This document shows, in pieces, positions 39,014 to 54,858 of a stretch of 64,000 bases of DNA (position 1 is its first letter; each line of letters starts with the position of its first letter). The stretch is from Eledone cirrhosa. Taxonomy: Eukaryota. The position numbers and the translations under genes are program-made. The stretch lies in the NCBI GenBank assembly GCA_964016885.1, contig OZ024743.1:67518001-67582000 (forward strand), in the 5' to 3' direction. The notes under the pieces were generated by a model. That model made no database searches and was not told the DNA's origin. It was given only the letters and a program-made list of their open reading frames with translations.

Positions 39014-41085
39014 ATAATAATAAATTTGAAGACTAAAATCCAAAGAGGGCTCGATAAGGATAAATATATATCAAATATATAAGAACCGTAGAGCAAATAT
39101 TTATTAAAATAACAGATTAAAGTTTAAGCAAAGGATCGCTGCTATCACCCTTAACGGGATCTTCTGAAACTAACAAAGTCAATCTGTAAACGCAGAAGTG
39201 GATATTTAAAAAAACGTTGCAACCGGAGGAAGACGATACTTTGGTTCGTGAAAACGTTCGCTATGCAAATAAGTAATGGTATAAACAAAACATATACTTA
39301 GCTCCCACATCAAGGCGTAAATCATCCACGTATAGATCGTACTATCCGTTAGGGTATAACGTGGGGCTGTAATACAGGAAAGTTTTGTGCAATTTATGTT
39401 TACAAGCCGAAATTGCCTCAGATTTTTTGTTTAAGATGTGGTCTGTGGCGTAGAGTATTTGCAGGGCCTCAGCGGCGCAGAGGTCACATGGTCTTTTATT
39501 TCCGTTATACGATCTAGCCCTAGCTAGGATCTTCCAGTGTAACTTATATTGGGTATGGTTGTCTTTTTGACTCCAGATGAAAGTGACGTCATATTCCTTC
39601 TTAGAGGGTAACGAAAAGAATGGGTATGCATGTAAAGACGCTGCTTGAATCTTTTGGCGGTTAACCCTATGTAGGCCCTATGGGACGTGGGTGTTACAAC
39701 CTTACATTTGTAGAAAATGTTACTAGAGAGGCATTTCCCGGATAGGGGGCAATCAACCCGATTCCTACAATTACAGTTAGTAGTAACTATAGGGTTGCAC
39801 GTGATTCTACGGCTAGGTAGTTTAGCTAAATTTGAAGCTGTGATGTTATGTGCAAGGTTAGGAGTCGTAGAGTAAGAAATGTTAATAGTATTTCTATTAA
39901 AAATGTTATTATATTTATGTGTAGGGGGAAATGCTTCGTAATAAGGGAAAGAAAGATCTTAGCTAATGGTGTGGTCACCTCCATATTATATGGTGGGTTA
40001 TACCAACAAATGCGACGGGATCTATTTCTTCTAGATCTATTTTCGTACTCTGTATATGCTACCTTATCGACAAATCCACTTCGAGTAAGAGCTTCATTGT
40101 AATAAGTGGAATGGGCGTTGAAAATACGCTCGTTGGTGGAAAGACGGGAAAGCCCCCAACGAAACGTTTCTTACCAGGTTCTTGGTTATGCTGGCAGGAT
40201 GGTTGGAATGCTTACCTATGTAATTAAGCGTATCATTCGGCTTTCTATACGGGTAATACAACCCATTCAATAAATTGAAGGTAACGTCGAGGTAATTAAC
40301 GACCGAGAGATTGGCTTCAATCTGTATAGAGAGGTTGAAGACTTTAAAGAGGGCTGTGAATTCTTTTCTGAACCTGTCGCAAGCACGAAGTCCGCACTTA
40401 GTCATGGTAAAAAGACCATCCATCGTCACGATACAAACCACCGCCCGCGTTTGGGAATTCGTCCTTGATAGAGAAAAGAAGGAAAAGGCCGATAAGATCA
40501 GTAACCTCCGCAGAATCACTGGCGCCCATACTCACGTCGAATGGGGGTACTATTGGATTTTTTAATCCAAATAGAGTCATCGAAATTAATCACTGACTTT
40601 CGGGCATTGAGGATGACATCAACTTCGAAATCCTTAACCACTGTGAGTGTTTTAGCGAAATTGATAACTCTAAGGAGCTCTGAGGCAATTTCGGCTTGTA
40701 AACATAAATTGCACAAAACTTTCCTGTATTACAGCCCCACGTAATACCCTAACGGATAGTACGATCTATACGTGGATATTTTACGCCTTGATGTGGGAGC
40801 TAAGTATATGTTTTGTTTATACCATTACTTATTTGCATAGCGAACATTTCCACGAACCAAAGTATCGACTTCCTGTCTTCCTCCGGTTGCAACGTTTTTT
40901 GAAATATCCACTTCTGCGTTTACAGATTGACTTTGTTAGTTTCAGAAGATCCCGTTAAGGGTGAAAGCAGCGATTCTTTGCTTAAACTTTAATCTGTTAT
41001 TTTAATAAATATTGGCTCTACGATTCTTATATATTTGATATATATTTATCCTTATCGAGCCCTCTTTGGTCTTCACATTTATTGT

Positions 41086-41089
<4 letters not shown>
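39010..41089 (-). mobile_element. 5'-truncated Penelope-like element (Nematis-like) with ~410-bp inverted terminal copy
   Basis: PFDVSMGA.DSAEVTDLIG, GGLYRDDG, VNYLDVTF, SNHP, WYNPP, CNC..CPLSGKCL..NIFYKC..YIGLT; 39010-39420 and 40680-41089 are reverse complements; (TA)n on both sides. Confidence 0.9.
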
Positions 41090-41154
<65 letters not shown>

Positions 41155-41279
41155 TTAGTTAAGCAAAACAAGACCACAAATTTCACAAGGAAGACATTAT
41201 TAAAAGATTGTCAACATATTTTAGTTTGATGGAAGGAATGTAGAGCATAATAATAATATTATTAATAATAATAATCTCC

Positions 41280-41398
41280 GTTTACAATTGTTTCGCTACT
41301 CCATATACAATTTCTGGATCAGATGACTATATATCATTATTGATCTGTTTCAGTTGAAAATAATTAACATATTTAAAAACAGAGAGGCTCATCGGAAC
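41280..41398 (-). ncRNA. Hammerhead variant (CCGATGA core, long stem II), H4
   Basis: Reverse strand gtt-CCGATGA-gcctctc...ggagtagc-GAAA-caattg-TA-aac. Confidence 0.65.
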
Positions 41399-41625
41399 TT
41401 CAAAGGAATATAAATTAAAATAAGGAGAGAATGTTACATAATGTAATGTTCCATATATTCGTATTTCACTATGGTGCAGATCTCACACAATGCAGCCTCG
41501 ACAGATGAATACTGCTTGATTATGGCTGACAACTGATACAACCAGGACACCATAGTGAAATACCAATATATGGAACATTACATTATGTAACATTCTCTCC
41601 TTATTTTAATTTATATTCCTTTGAA

Positions 41626-41745
41626 GTTCCGATGAGCCGCTCTGTTTAGAAATATGTTAATTATTTTCAACTGATCCAGATCAATAATGATATATAGTCA
41701 TCTGATCCTGAAATATTATATGGAGTAGCGAAACAATTGTAAAGG
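41626..41745 (+). ncRNA. Hammerhead variant (CCGATGA core, long stem II), H4
   Basis: gtt-CCGATGA-gccgctct...ggagtagc-GAAA-caattg-TA-aagg. Confidence 0.6.
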
Positions 41746-42289
41746 GACATTATTATTATTAATATTATTATTATTATTATTCTCTACATTTCTTACATGA
41801 AACTAAAATATGTTGACAATCTTTTAATAATGTCTTCCTGGTGAAATTTGTGGTCTTGTTTTGCTTAACAAGTAAATATGTCCAGCTCTGCGTTGCCTAA
41901 CTTTTGCATGAACCAAGCCACCTAGCTGCTTTCTACTGCATATTGCACATTCAGCACATGCCTTTACGCTTTGGCTTCTAACTGATTCACCAACCTCTCC
42001 TCTCCTATCTCCTCTCCTATCTCCTCTCCTATCTCCATGTCTCTCTTTAAGATTGGTTACTCTTGAACTGTATATATATATATATAAGTAGGTACACGTA
42101 CATACACATATGTAAACAGACGTACAGTAGTATGTATATATATATATATACATGCACATATATATATATGTACGTATGGATTCACCGAACATTTATTATA
42201 ATGCTCGGTGTGTTTGTAAACAAACATCCCGTATTAAGCCGTAGTGTCTAGCAACCATCGCTGCTCGTTTGTTCAACACTGACAAAGTA

Positions 42290-42332
42290 ACGCTGTACTA
42301 GTTTCAAGCTTATTAGCTATCGTTAGCAACGT
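42290..42332 (-). ncRNA. H5 hammerhead, G5A core mutation
   Basis: Reverse strand acgttg-CTAACGA-tagctaataagctt-GAAA-ctag-TA-cagcgt. Confidence 0.7.
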
Positions 42333-42714
42333 ATATCTTCCTGCCAGATTGTTGAACGTATATACTTACCTTATGCATATTAACGGCTGAGTAGCCCAAT
42401 TTGCATATCGAGTGGTTTAATCGGCCGGGTGCACCGAAAACGATAAACGGAAAAAAATGAAACGAAATTTCATTTCCCACTCTTAGTACGGCTGTTACTT
42501 AAATATAAGTAGGTACACGTACATACACGTATGTATACAGGCATACAGTAGTATGTATATATATATATATACATACATGCACACATATATATATGTATGT
42601 ATGGATTCACCGAACATTTATTATAATGCTCGGTGTGTTTGTAAACAAACATCCCGTAATAAGCCGTAGTGTCTAGCAACCATCGTTGCTCGTTTGTTCA
42701 ACACTGACAAAGGA

Positions 42715-42757
42715 ACGCTGTACTGGTTTCAAGCTTATTAGCTATCGTCAGCAACGT
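42715..42757 (-). ncRNA. H5 minimal hammerhead, intact core
   Basis: Reverse strand acgttg-CTGACGA-tagctaataagctt-GAAA-ccag-TA-cagcgt. Confidence 0.85.
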
Positions 42758-43038
42758 GTAACTTCCTGCCAGATTGTTGAACGTATATACTTACCTTATG
42801 CATATTAACGGCTCAGTAGCCCAAGTTGCATATCGAGTGCTTTGTTTACAAACACACCGAGCATTATAATAAATGTTCGGTGAATCCATACGTACATGTA
42901 TATATATGTGTGCATGTATATATATATATATACATACTACTGTAAGTCTGTATACATATGTGAATGTACGTGTACCTACTTATATTTAAGTAACAGCCGT
43001 ACTAAGAGTTGGAAATGAAATTTCGTTTCATTTTTACC

Positions 43039-43236
<198 letters not shown>

Positions 43237-43261
43237 ATATATATATATATATTTATATATT

Positions 43262-44002
43262 CTAGGGCGGGTAAAATTCCCGAGATCCATGGACGAGTTC
43301 TCTCCAGCGGTCTCTGTCCCTCATTATCGCTGCCATGTTCTGCGTCTCCAACAGACCAGTGTCTGTCCTTGGGACATCAACATACATTAACCTTGGTCCT
43401 CCGCTTCCAGTGTGTCCATGTAGGGGCTCCCACAGGAACACTGAGCGCAATGTCATGTCTGGATGACGGTGAGCATATCCAACTAGCCTCAGTCTCCTCT
43501 GTATCACTTTTGAGCTGAATTTTGGGAGGCTCCCATACAGCTCTGAGTTCTTCATCGACAGTGTATACTGATTAATGTTCAGAGCCATCCTCAGTATTCT
43601 AGTGTAGCACCCATCCACCATCTGAGTGAGTTTCTTGGTCAGTGTCCAAGTCTCAGACCCGTACAGCAGCACAGGCTCCACTACAGCAATGAAGAGGCGG
43701 ATTTTCATGTCTTTACGAAGGTCCGACTTCCACACCGATCTGAAGCTGTGGCACGCCGCCCAGGCTGTGCTCTTCCTCTCAACCACATCATCTTCCGTAT
43801 TCCCAATCTTTTCTCCCAAATACAGGAAGTCCTCAACCAATTCTAGCGGCTTCCTGCCTACATTAGTGATCCCCTCTGGCTTCTCAACATTCTCTACCAG
43901 AGATTTTGTTTTATTCTCATTCATTCGCAGCCCCACACTCATCGACACAATATCAACCCCCTGCATCAAATCCTCTGCCTCCTTCACTGTATTTGTCACC
44001 AA
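43262..44002 (-). CDS. RTE reverse transcriptase C-terminal open fragment (246 aa, part of a truncated element)
   Basis: ORF track 43262..44002 with FLYLG and [10 protein letters not shown] motifs. Confidence 0.75.
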   Translation of the reverse strand: MVTNTVKEAEDLMQGVDIVSMSVGLRMNENKTKSLVENVEKPEGITNVGRKPLELVEDFLYLGEKIGNTEDDVVERKSTAWAACHSFRSVWKSDLRKDMKIRLFIAVVEPVLLYGSETWTLTKKLTQMVDGCYTRILRMALNINQYTLSMKNSELYGSLPKFSSKVIQRRLRLVGYAHRHPDMTLRSVFLWEPLHGHTGSGGPRLMYVDVPRTDTGLLETQNMAAIMRDRDRWRELVHGSREFYPP

Positions 44003-44531
44003 AACTATGTCGTCGGCAAATTCAGCATCTGATATCTTTTCCGCCTTAACTCACCTGCTCTGAGCCGGTGCTACAGTAAAGCCCGAGTCCTGGTGTTTCC
44101 CCAGTGCAAGGCGCATACAATAGACCACTAAGATGATAAAAAGGTATCTCACTGACGTCACTTATGGCAAAGACCCTCAACATAATTATTCTTAACAGGA
44201 TCCAACCTGAGATGGAGAAGAACCTCAGGGACAATCACAACGGCTTCAGAGAGGGCAGATCAACCACCAGTCACATCCGGATGCCGAGGAGGATATTAGA
44301 GGGAGCTAGAGCAAAGAGCCTTCCCGCGGTCATGGTTTTCATTGCCTTAGGAAGGCCTTTGATTCTGTGGACCGTCACTGCCTGATGAAGATCTTACAGG
44401 CTTATGGAATCACCAAGAAGATAGCGGACCTGATATCAATGCTCTACACCAACACCAAAGCTCAAGTCATTGCACCTGATGGGATGACAGAGGTCTTTGT
44501 GATACTGGCTGGAGTGCTCCAAGAAGATTCA
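43262..44531 (-). mobile_element. RTE-clade LINE, 5' truncated, with inverted 5' segment
   Basis: Minus strand 44146-43262: [40 protein letters not shown]. Plus strand 44142-44531: GISLTS..NGFREGRSTTSHI..KAFDSV..GVLQEDSLAP*LFI. Confidence 0.9.
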
Positions 44532-44550
44532 TTGGCTCCCTAGCTTTTTA

Positions 44551-44729
<179 letters not shown>

Positions 44730-44739
44730 GTTGTGTATA

Positions 44740-47975
<3,236 letters not shown>

Positions 47976-47989
47976 AATATATATATATT

Positions 47990-48028
47990 TATCACTGATG
48001 GTCCTGTGATAAACAGGCGAAACTGCAG
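47990..48028 (+). ncRNA. 3'-truncated hammerhead remnant
   Basis: CTGATGG-tcctgtgataaacaggc-GAAA-ctgcag, then breaks into another repeat. Confidence 0.55.
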
Positions 48029-48121
48029 CGGGTTCTAAACCCCAATATCAGCCTAAAATATCTTTAAACAAAAATACGGCGAAAGCTTCTGTTTCTAATT
48101 TCAAACTCGGTCACTATTTCA

Positions 48122-48247
<126 letters not shown>

Positions 48248-48427
48248 GAGCAAACATCACAAGCGCTCCATCTCGAAATAAATTTTGAAAACCATTAGAA
48301 ATGCGCAACCGGTAAAATTTAAAGCTAAAACTGAATACTAACCAATACTTATTACTAATTTATACTTATTCCTAATTAAACTATTTTTCACTGGGAAAAA
48401 TTTGTCAGCAGTTTCTTTTCCTTTTTA

Positions 48428-48464
<37 letters not shown>

Positions 48465-48668
48465 ATACTGTTATATAACTAATAAACCGAACACTTAATG
48501 GCAAACTGAAGTACTTGGTGGTTGTTTAAATTTAACAGTAAAAGCTAGAAGGGGTTAGGAACTATTTATGAACGGCAGAGAGAATGTTACAGTTGGAATG
48601 AACGTGGCACGTCGATATACATGATGTCCCTAGTTTGGAAGTTAAACAACTCTTTGGAAACATATAAT

Positions 48669-48853
48669 TGTTTCTACTTTAGGCACAAGGCCAGCAATTA
48701 CCCAGTGCATTACTGGTACTTTATTTTATCGACCCCGTAAGGATGAAAGGCAAAGTCAACCTCGGCGGGATTTGAACTCAGATCGTAAAGGGACGTAACT
48801 ATGCTGGAAAACATGGCGTCCGACCCTCTACCGATACTGCCAATCCACCACCC
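48669..48853 (-). mobile_element. Young family B SINE (short form) with 15-bp TSD
   Basis: ttggaaacatataat at 48654-48668 and 48854-48868. Confidence 0.92.
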
Positions 48854-49162
48854 TTGGAAACATATAATAACGTGAGGAAAACATTTTAGCAGTCAATTTC
48901 TTTATAATGACGGGAAAATAAAATTTAACAGTGAATATTTCTATATTGACTTTCTTTGTGAAAATAATTCAAGAATAAAATCAACAACAACAACAGCAGT
49001 AAATAAATATTGATGTTTTTATATGAATATATTAATGCAAATATTGAAGAGAAAATAAAAATAGTGAAGGTTGTGATTATAAAATTAAATAAATGTGTAT
49101 ATAAAGACCTCCATTTTAATAATATTGATAATTTAGGTATCTATAACAACAACAATAATGAC

Positions 49163-50415
49163 AATGGTTTCTGATTTAGGCACATGACTAGAAATTTTAG
49201 GGGAGGAGAAAGTCGTTTATATTGACCCCAGTGTATTGCTGGTACTTTATTTCATCAACTCGGGAAGGAGGTCAGGTAAAGCTAACCCTGGTGGGATTTG
49301 AAATCTGTACGTAAAGGGCTGTATCACTATGCCGCGAAGCATGTTTTCCGACGCTCTACCGCACTAATAATTGTTTCTACTTTTGGCAAAAGAACAGGAA
49401 TTATCCTAGTGTATTACTGATACTATATTTTATCGACCTCGTAAGGATGAAAGGCAATGTTAACCTCGGTGGGATTTGAACTCAGACCATAAAGGGCCGT
49501 AACACTTGCTGCAAAGCATCGCATCCAACCCTCTACCGATACTGCCAAAATTGTTTCTGATTTTGGCACAAGGCCAAGAATTTTAGGGGAGGAGAAAGTT
49601 GATTAAATCGACCCCAATGCGTTATTGGTATTTTATATCATCGATTCTGTAAGGATGAAAGGCCAAGCAAACCTCGGCGGGATTTGAACTCAGAACGTCA
49701 AAAGCCAGAACAAATAATGTTAAGCCTTTCTCTGACCTTCTAACAATTCTGTCAATCCATCGATAATTTAGAAACAAGGCCAACAATTTGAGGAGTGGAG
49801 AAAATCAATTTAATCGTTAAAATAAAGTAGTTAATTTATTTTATCGATCCCAGAAAAATGAATGTGATTTGACTTCCCCGAGAATTTATCTCAGGACATA
49901 GAAAGTTGTAACTAAAAACCGCAAAACATTTTATGCGACGATTTAACCAACCAGGCAGCCCCACCCTAAATAATGGTTTCCGATTTACGTAAAGGGTGAA
50001 CAATTTTAGGGGTGGGGAAAATCGATTAAATGGAACCTAGTACGCTACTGGTACTTTATTCTATCGACCCCGTAATGATATAAAACAAATTTGAACTTGG
50101 CAGGATTTGAACTCAGAACATAAAACGGAATAACTATTTATTTCCAAAGATTTATCCGACGCTATACCGATACTGCCAATCTACTGTCCACAGTAATTGT
50201 TTCTACATTTAGCATAAATCCAGAAATTTATATGAAAGTAGAAAAAATCGATTAAAACGACCCCATTGCTACACTGTTACTTTATTCTATCGATCCCACA
50301 AGGATGAAAAGAAAAGTTAATCTCGGCCGGCTTTGAAATCAAAGCGTAAAGGGTTGTAAGCATATGCCAAAAAGTATGGTATCCGACGTTCTACTGATAC
50401 TGCTAATCCACCGCT
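49163..50415 (-). mobile_element. Head-to-tail array of six diverged family B SINEs
   Basis: Six successive (t/g)tttct..ttt.g.ca.aa....tatcgac...gatttgaa...ctacc units of about 200 bp. Confidence 0.85.
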
Positions 50416-50436
50416 CTTCCCTCAATAATAATTATT

Positions 50437-50735
50437 TCTTTATTGTCTACTAAGGCCAAAATATAAAGGATAATACAAAAATAGGATTAATTGAATTTAC
50501 ATAAAATGTGTAAAATGAAAATAACACGTAACAATTAACAACCAATTATAAACAATATATAGAGGGGAGTTCCACAAAGGGATAATTTAGAAACACCACA
50601 GAAACCATACTAATCTCCAAGAGCACCACAGGAAGGTGCATCTCACCTCTTTAAATCCTCCAGCCTTCTGGCTTTGCGGAATCCGGACCCTAGACGAAAA
50701 GCGTCAACCACATTTCCTGCACACTGGGTAAAATC
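50437..50735 (-). mobile_element. Possible old Tx1-like 3' UTR fragment
   Basis: Weak collinearity with 14780-15080; aataaa at the minus-strand 3' end. Confidence 0.35.
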
Positions 50736-50829
50736 TTAAACTGTTTTTAACAGTGATTTCTGTCAGAAATTATTCATAACGTTCCCGTTATTTTTGTCTT
50801 TCCCAGTCGGCGTCACTACGGTCCAACTT

Positions 50830-51212
50830 TTTTCATTTATCTGAGGGTTCTAAACCCTATTATCAGGCTAAAATTCCTTTAGTCAAAAATACGGTGTAAG
50901 CTATATATTTTCTAATTTCAAACCTGCTCACTGTTTCAAAACATACTTACTTGCCATTTAAACTCGCTAAGAATGTAGTTTCTAATTTGAATGGAAAGAG
51001 ATGGGTGATGTGTTGGTGTAATGGTAGCACAGTGGTCGCGATAACCAAAGATGTGGGTTCGACTCCCATGTACGTCAATACTCATCTTTTTCCATTTATC
51101 TGACGGTTCTAAACCCCATTATCAGGCTAAAATTCCTTTAGTCAAAAATACGGTGAAAGCTATATATTTTCTAATTTCAAACCTGCTCACTGTTTCAAAA
51201 CTTACTTACTTG
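50830..51212 (+). repeat. Direct repeat (~120 bp, ~260-bp period) enclosing a tRNA-like sequence
   Basis: catttatctga.ggttctaaaccc.attatcaggctaaaattcctttagtc...ctgtttcaaaac.tacttact occurs twice; third copy 48031-48125. Confidence 0.9.
51007..51079 (+). pseudogene. tRNA-like pseudogene or SINE head
   Basis: Cloverleaf gatgtgt/gtacgtc, D gtgt/gcac, AC tggt/acca, T gtggg-ttcgact-cccat; anticodon loop cgcgata lacks U33; TTTTT shortly downstream. Confidence 0.6.
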
Positions 51213-52777
51213 TTATATATATATATATAGAGAGAGATAGATATATATATTATACATATACATAAAATACATAAATATATATACATACGTAGAGCTGACC
51301 GAGCGGCAGATTACAAAAATTGGGTGAAATGTCGATGAAATACTCTACATAATAGGATACACAAGACGTGGAAACACTGGTCTAACTGGAACTACCAAAT
51401 TGCTTATCGATTGTTTCGTACAATAGAGCGGATAATTGTTCTATTTATGTCAAATTGTGTACAGACATATACATCATACAACTGTACACTATGATATATC
51501 TGTGTGTGTGTGTGTGTGTGTTAGTGTGTGTGTGTTAGTGTGTGTGTCTCTGTGTGCATGTATTTATATGTGTGTGTGAAAACTCTACGTATATATGTGT
51601 GTGAATAAGAGATTGAAAGAGAAATATGTGGAATATAAGTAAAGAATATACAAGAACAAAATAAAACAACTCCCACAAGTTGTGACATACAGACATACAC
51701 TGTTAACTTACACACTGTAACACTGTTATAGAAGGACATATACACTAACCTATTCTCTGTCACATACAGATTGACGGACATACATATAGCTATGGACTCA
51801 TACACACACAGTCACACTCACAGATACAATCACATATGTATATTCACAGAAATACACATCGACAACGCCACAGTAACGCACAGACACACAAATACTTCCA
51901 CGTAAATACACACACAAACACTCACAGTAACACACAGACACATGCAAATACATACGCCGAACCACACTCACCCACAGTAACACATAGACACACAGATTCC
52001 TCCACGCAAACACACACACACACACACACGCGCATACACACACACATGCACACACACATTCACACACCCACACATACACCTCCCCCACACACACGCACGC
52101 ACACAGATTCACCCACACACACATTAACACACACGTACGCACCCCCCCACACACACACACATTCCCCCCACCCCCACCACCACCACCACCACACACGCAC
52201 ACACGCCACAAACGTTATCTAAAAAAGATGAAATAAAAAGATAATTTTTCCAACGAAAATTAATGTGAAAAAAATATAATGAAAATTAAAATTGATTAAA
52301 AGCTTCAAACTTAGGTATTTTTTTATTTTTATATATCTTATATATATTCATTTATAAAATAATGTAAAAGCAAATATAGAAACAAACATCACATAAATAA
52401 ATAAACAATATAAAATAAATAATACTAAAGAAAAAAAGGAGAACGAATGACATTGACAAAACAGAAAGTGAAAGTAGCTGTTTAGTGATGAAATCAATAA
52501 GTTTATAAAACTATCTTATTAGGTGTTTTGTCTAGTATATTAGAAAATAATATAATTATAGTGTGTTACTATCTCTACAAGTAAACAATGAGAAAACGTT
52601 GTTCGTTGGTGCGATTGGAGAAGCTGAGGCGGTAAATTGTCTTGTTGTCTGTAAACAATACTTTGTGTAAATAGCTGGGACATTGAAGAAAGGTGAGTGG
52701 AATTAGAGAGATACTATAGAGAGGGAGATAGGGGGTGAGAGAGAGGGTGAGAAAGATAGATAGATATATAGATAGAA

Positions 52778-52909
<132 letters not shown>

Positions 52910-53050
52910 TGATGTGGTAAAGAATTATAGAGATGGAACGATGGATTTTTTAGAGATGAAGTGGGAGTAGGAGGATGAGGTTTACAGCGAATGGATGGGA
53001 TTGAGATAGAGAAGAGAGAGGGAGAAAGAGAGAGATATCTATGTATATAA

Positions 53051-53156
<106 letters not shown>

Positions 53157-53523
53157 GGGGCAGGATGAGGTGGAGTGGCGGAGATAATCATAGTGAATGA
53201 TTGATGGATTTTTATAGAGAATAATTGAGATATAATGAGAAGACGAGAAAACGAAAGAGAGAGAGAGATAGAGTTAGAGAGAGAGAGAGAGGGGGAGTGG
53301 AAGAGAGATTGAGTGAGAGAGAGAGAGAGATTGAGAGACATTGGTAGGGAGAGAGAGAGAGATTGAACAAAAATAATAGTAATGCAAATATTTATAAAGA
53401 AATGACGATACAAATATATTGGAGTTACACAGTTGAACAGACACATAGAAACATATACAGAACGTGTAACACACACACATACATACATACACACATATAT
53501 ATATATACATACACACATATATA

Positions 53524-53583
<60 letters not shown>

Positions 53584-53702
53584 GTAGAACACCGGAAGGT
53601 AATATCCGTAGTGGTAGACCACTTAGACCATGGAACGTGTTCGTTTTTGCGCATGTGCGTTCATACGGTTCTTCTTCCTGTTCCGTATAACCATTACCAG
53701 TC

Positions 53703-53740
53703 CGAGCTGAAGATCCCTATAAGGTGAAACAATTGTTTCG
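53703..53740 (+). ncRNA. Degenerate minimal hammerhead
   Basis: cgag-CTGAAGA-tccctataaggt-GAAA-caattg-tttcg; stem I register off by one. Confidence 0.55.
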
Positions 53741-53793
53741 ATATGGTGAACTAACTGTTGTGTTACTACTTCTATATATAAATATATATATAT

Positions 53794-53904
<111 letters not shown>

Positions 53905-53911
53905 GAGAGAG

Positions 53912-53951
<40 letters not shown>

Positions 53952-54162
53952 GAAAAGAGAAAAATTGGTGAAGACATATTATACAAAACTTATAATCGTG
54001 GCATGAAATATAAATCAATCACATTTTAATGCGTTTTGACTATTTTTTGCAAATCATTGAAAACACCATCACCAAATTGATTTGAGGAAGCACGTGAAAC
54101 ATGGTTCAGAATGAATGTCTCACACTCTTAAGGTCGTGAATTCCATTTCCCAGCGACATATT

Positions 54163-54640
54163 GTGAAGGCGCATGGCTTAGTGATTAGAGCATTGGGCTT
54201 GCAATCGAAAAGTTGTGAGTTCAATTCTCGGACCAGGGGATGTGTTGTTTCCTTGAGCAAGACACTTTATTTCACGTTGCTCCAGTTTACTCAGCTGTAG
54301 AAATGAGATGATAGGACTATGGTCCCTATCATTAAATAACCCAAGACACCTCCAACGATATATACCTTGGAGAAGGCCAGCTAAACCTGCATAGGTATGA
54401 GCTGTAACAATAACAACAAACATGTTGTATCCTTAAGTAAGACACTATATTCTATGTTGTTCCAGTCCATGCATCTGGAAGAAAATGTATTTTACTTTAA
54501 ATCAGTAAAGTCAGCCTTGTCACACACTGTATTACATTGGACCTCCTTCAGAACTACGTTTAATGTACACGTGTCTGTAAAATATTCCTCTACTTGCACG
54601 TTAATGTTATGAGCAAGTTCCTCCGTTGATCCGTTGATCA
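54163..54640 (+). mobile_element. Family A CORE-like SINE plus a second headless copy
   Basis: gtgaaggcgcatggcttagtgattagagc..gagttcaattctcgg..ccttgagcaagacactttatttcacgttgctccag; CORE block repeated at 54424. Confidence 0.8.
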
Positions 54641-54780
54641 CATACCTGGCAGGAAGCAATGCAGCAACAGCAACAGAAACAACAACAAGTAAACAACGTC
54701 AATAACAACATTAACCACCCAAAACGACGTAATACTAACAATTTATCAAAAATCTCCCTATTGGCCTCCCGTTATTTCGC

Positions 54781-54858
54781 TTATGGGGTCGATAAAATAA
54801 AGTACCAGTAATGCACTGGGTAATTGCTGGCCTTGTGCCTAAAGTAGAAACAGTTATT
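54781..54858 (+). mobile_element. Family B SINE 3' half with TSD-like gttatttcgctta
   Basis: gttatttcgctta at 54771-54783 and 54853-54865. Confidence 0.8.

Larger units (their letters stand above)
41158..41869. mobile_element. ORF-less fold-back pLTR-like pair (family H4)
   Basis: ~320-bp arms 41158-41476 and 41548-41869, 71-bp spacer. Confidence 0.85.

Noticed and set aside
40939-40975. CAGAAGA-tcccgttaagggt-GAAA-gcagc in the Nematis-like PLE terminal repeat (mirror at ~39133-39166)
   Set aside because: HHR-like spacing, but U4 is A, there is no UH triplet and no stem I; at most a dead or unusual variant, so not called.
39010-41089. DNA transposon with 410-bp TIRs
   Set aside because: The interior encodes PLE RT/GIY-YIG and the inverted arm includes the ORF C-terminus; this is the usual inverted pLTR of Penelope-like elements.
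41824-42192. 122-aa ORF with CAECAIC and GDRR repeats
   Set aside because: Spans unrelated repeats and a 12-bp tandem; no recognisable domain.
51007-51079. Functional tRNA-Ser(CGA)
   Set aside because: No U33, no long variable arm, three G-U pairs in the acceptor stem and an anticodon-stem mismatch; kept only as tRNA-like.
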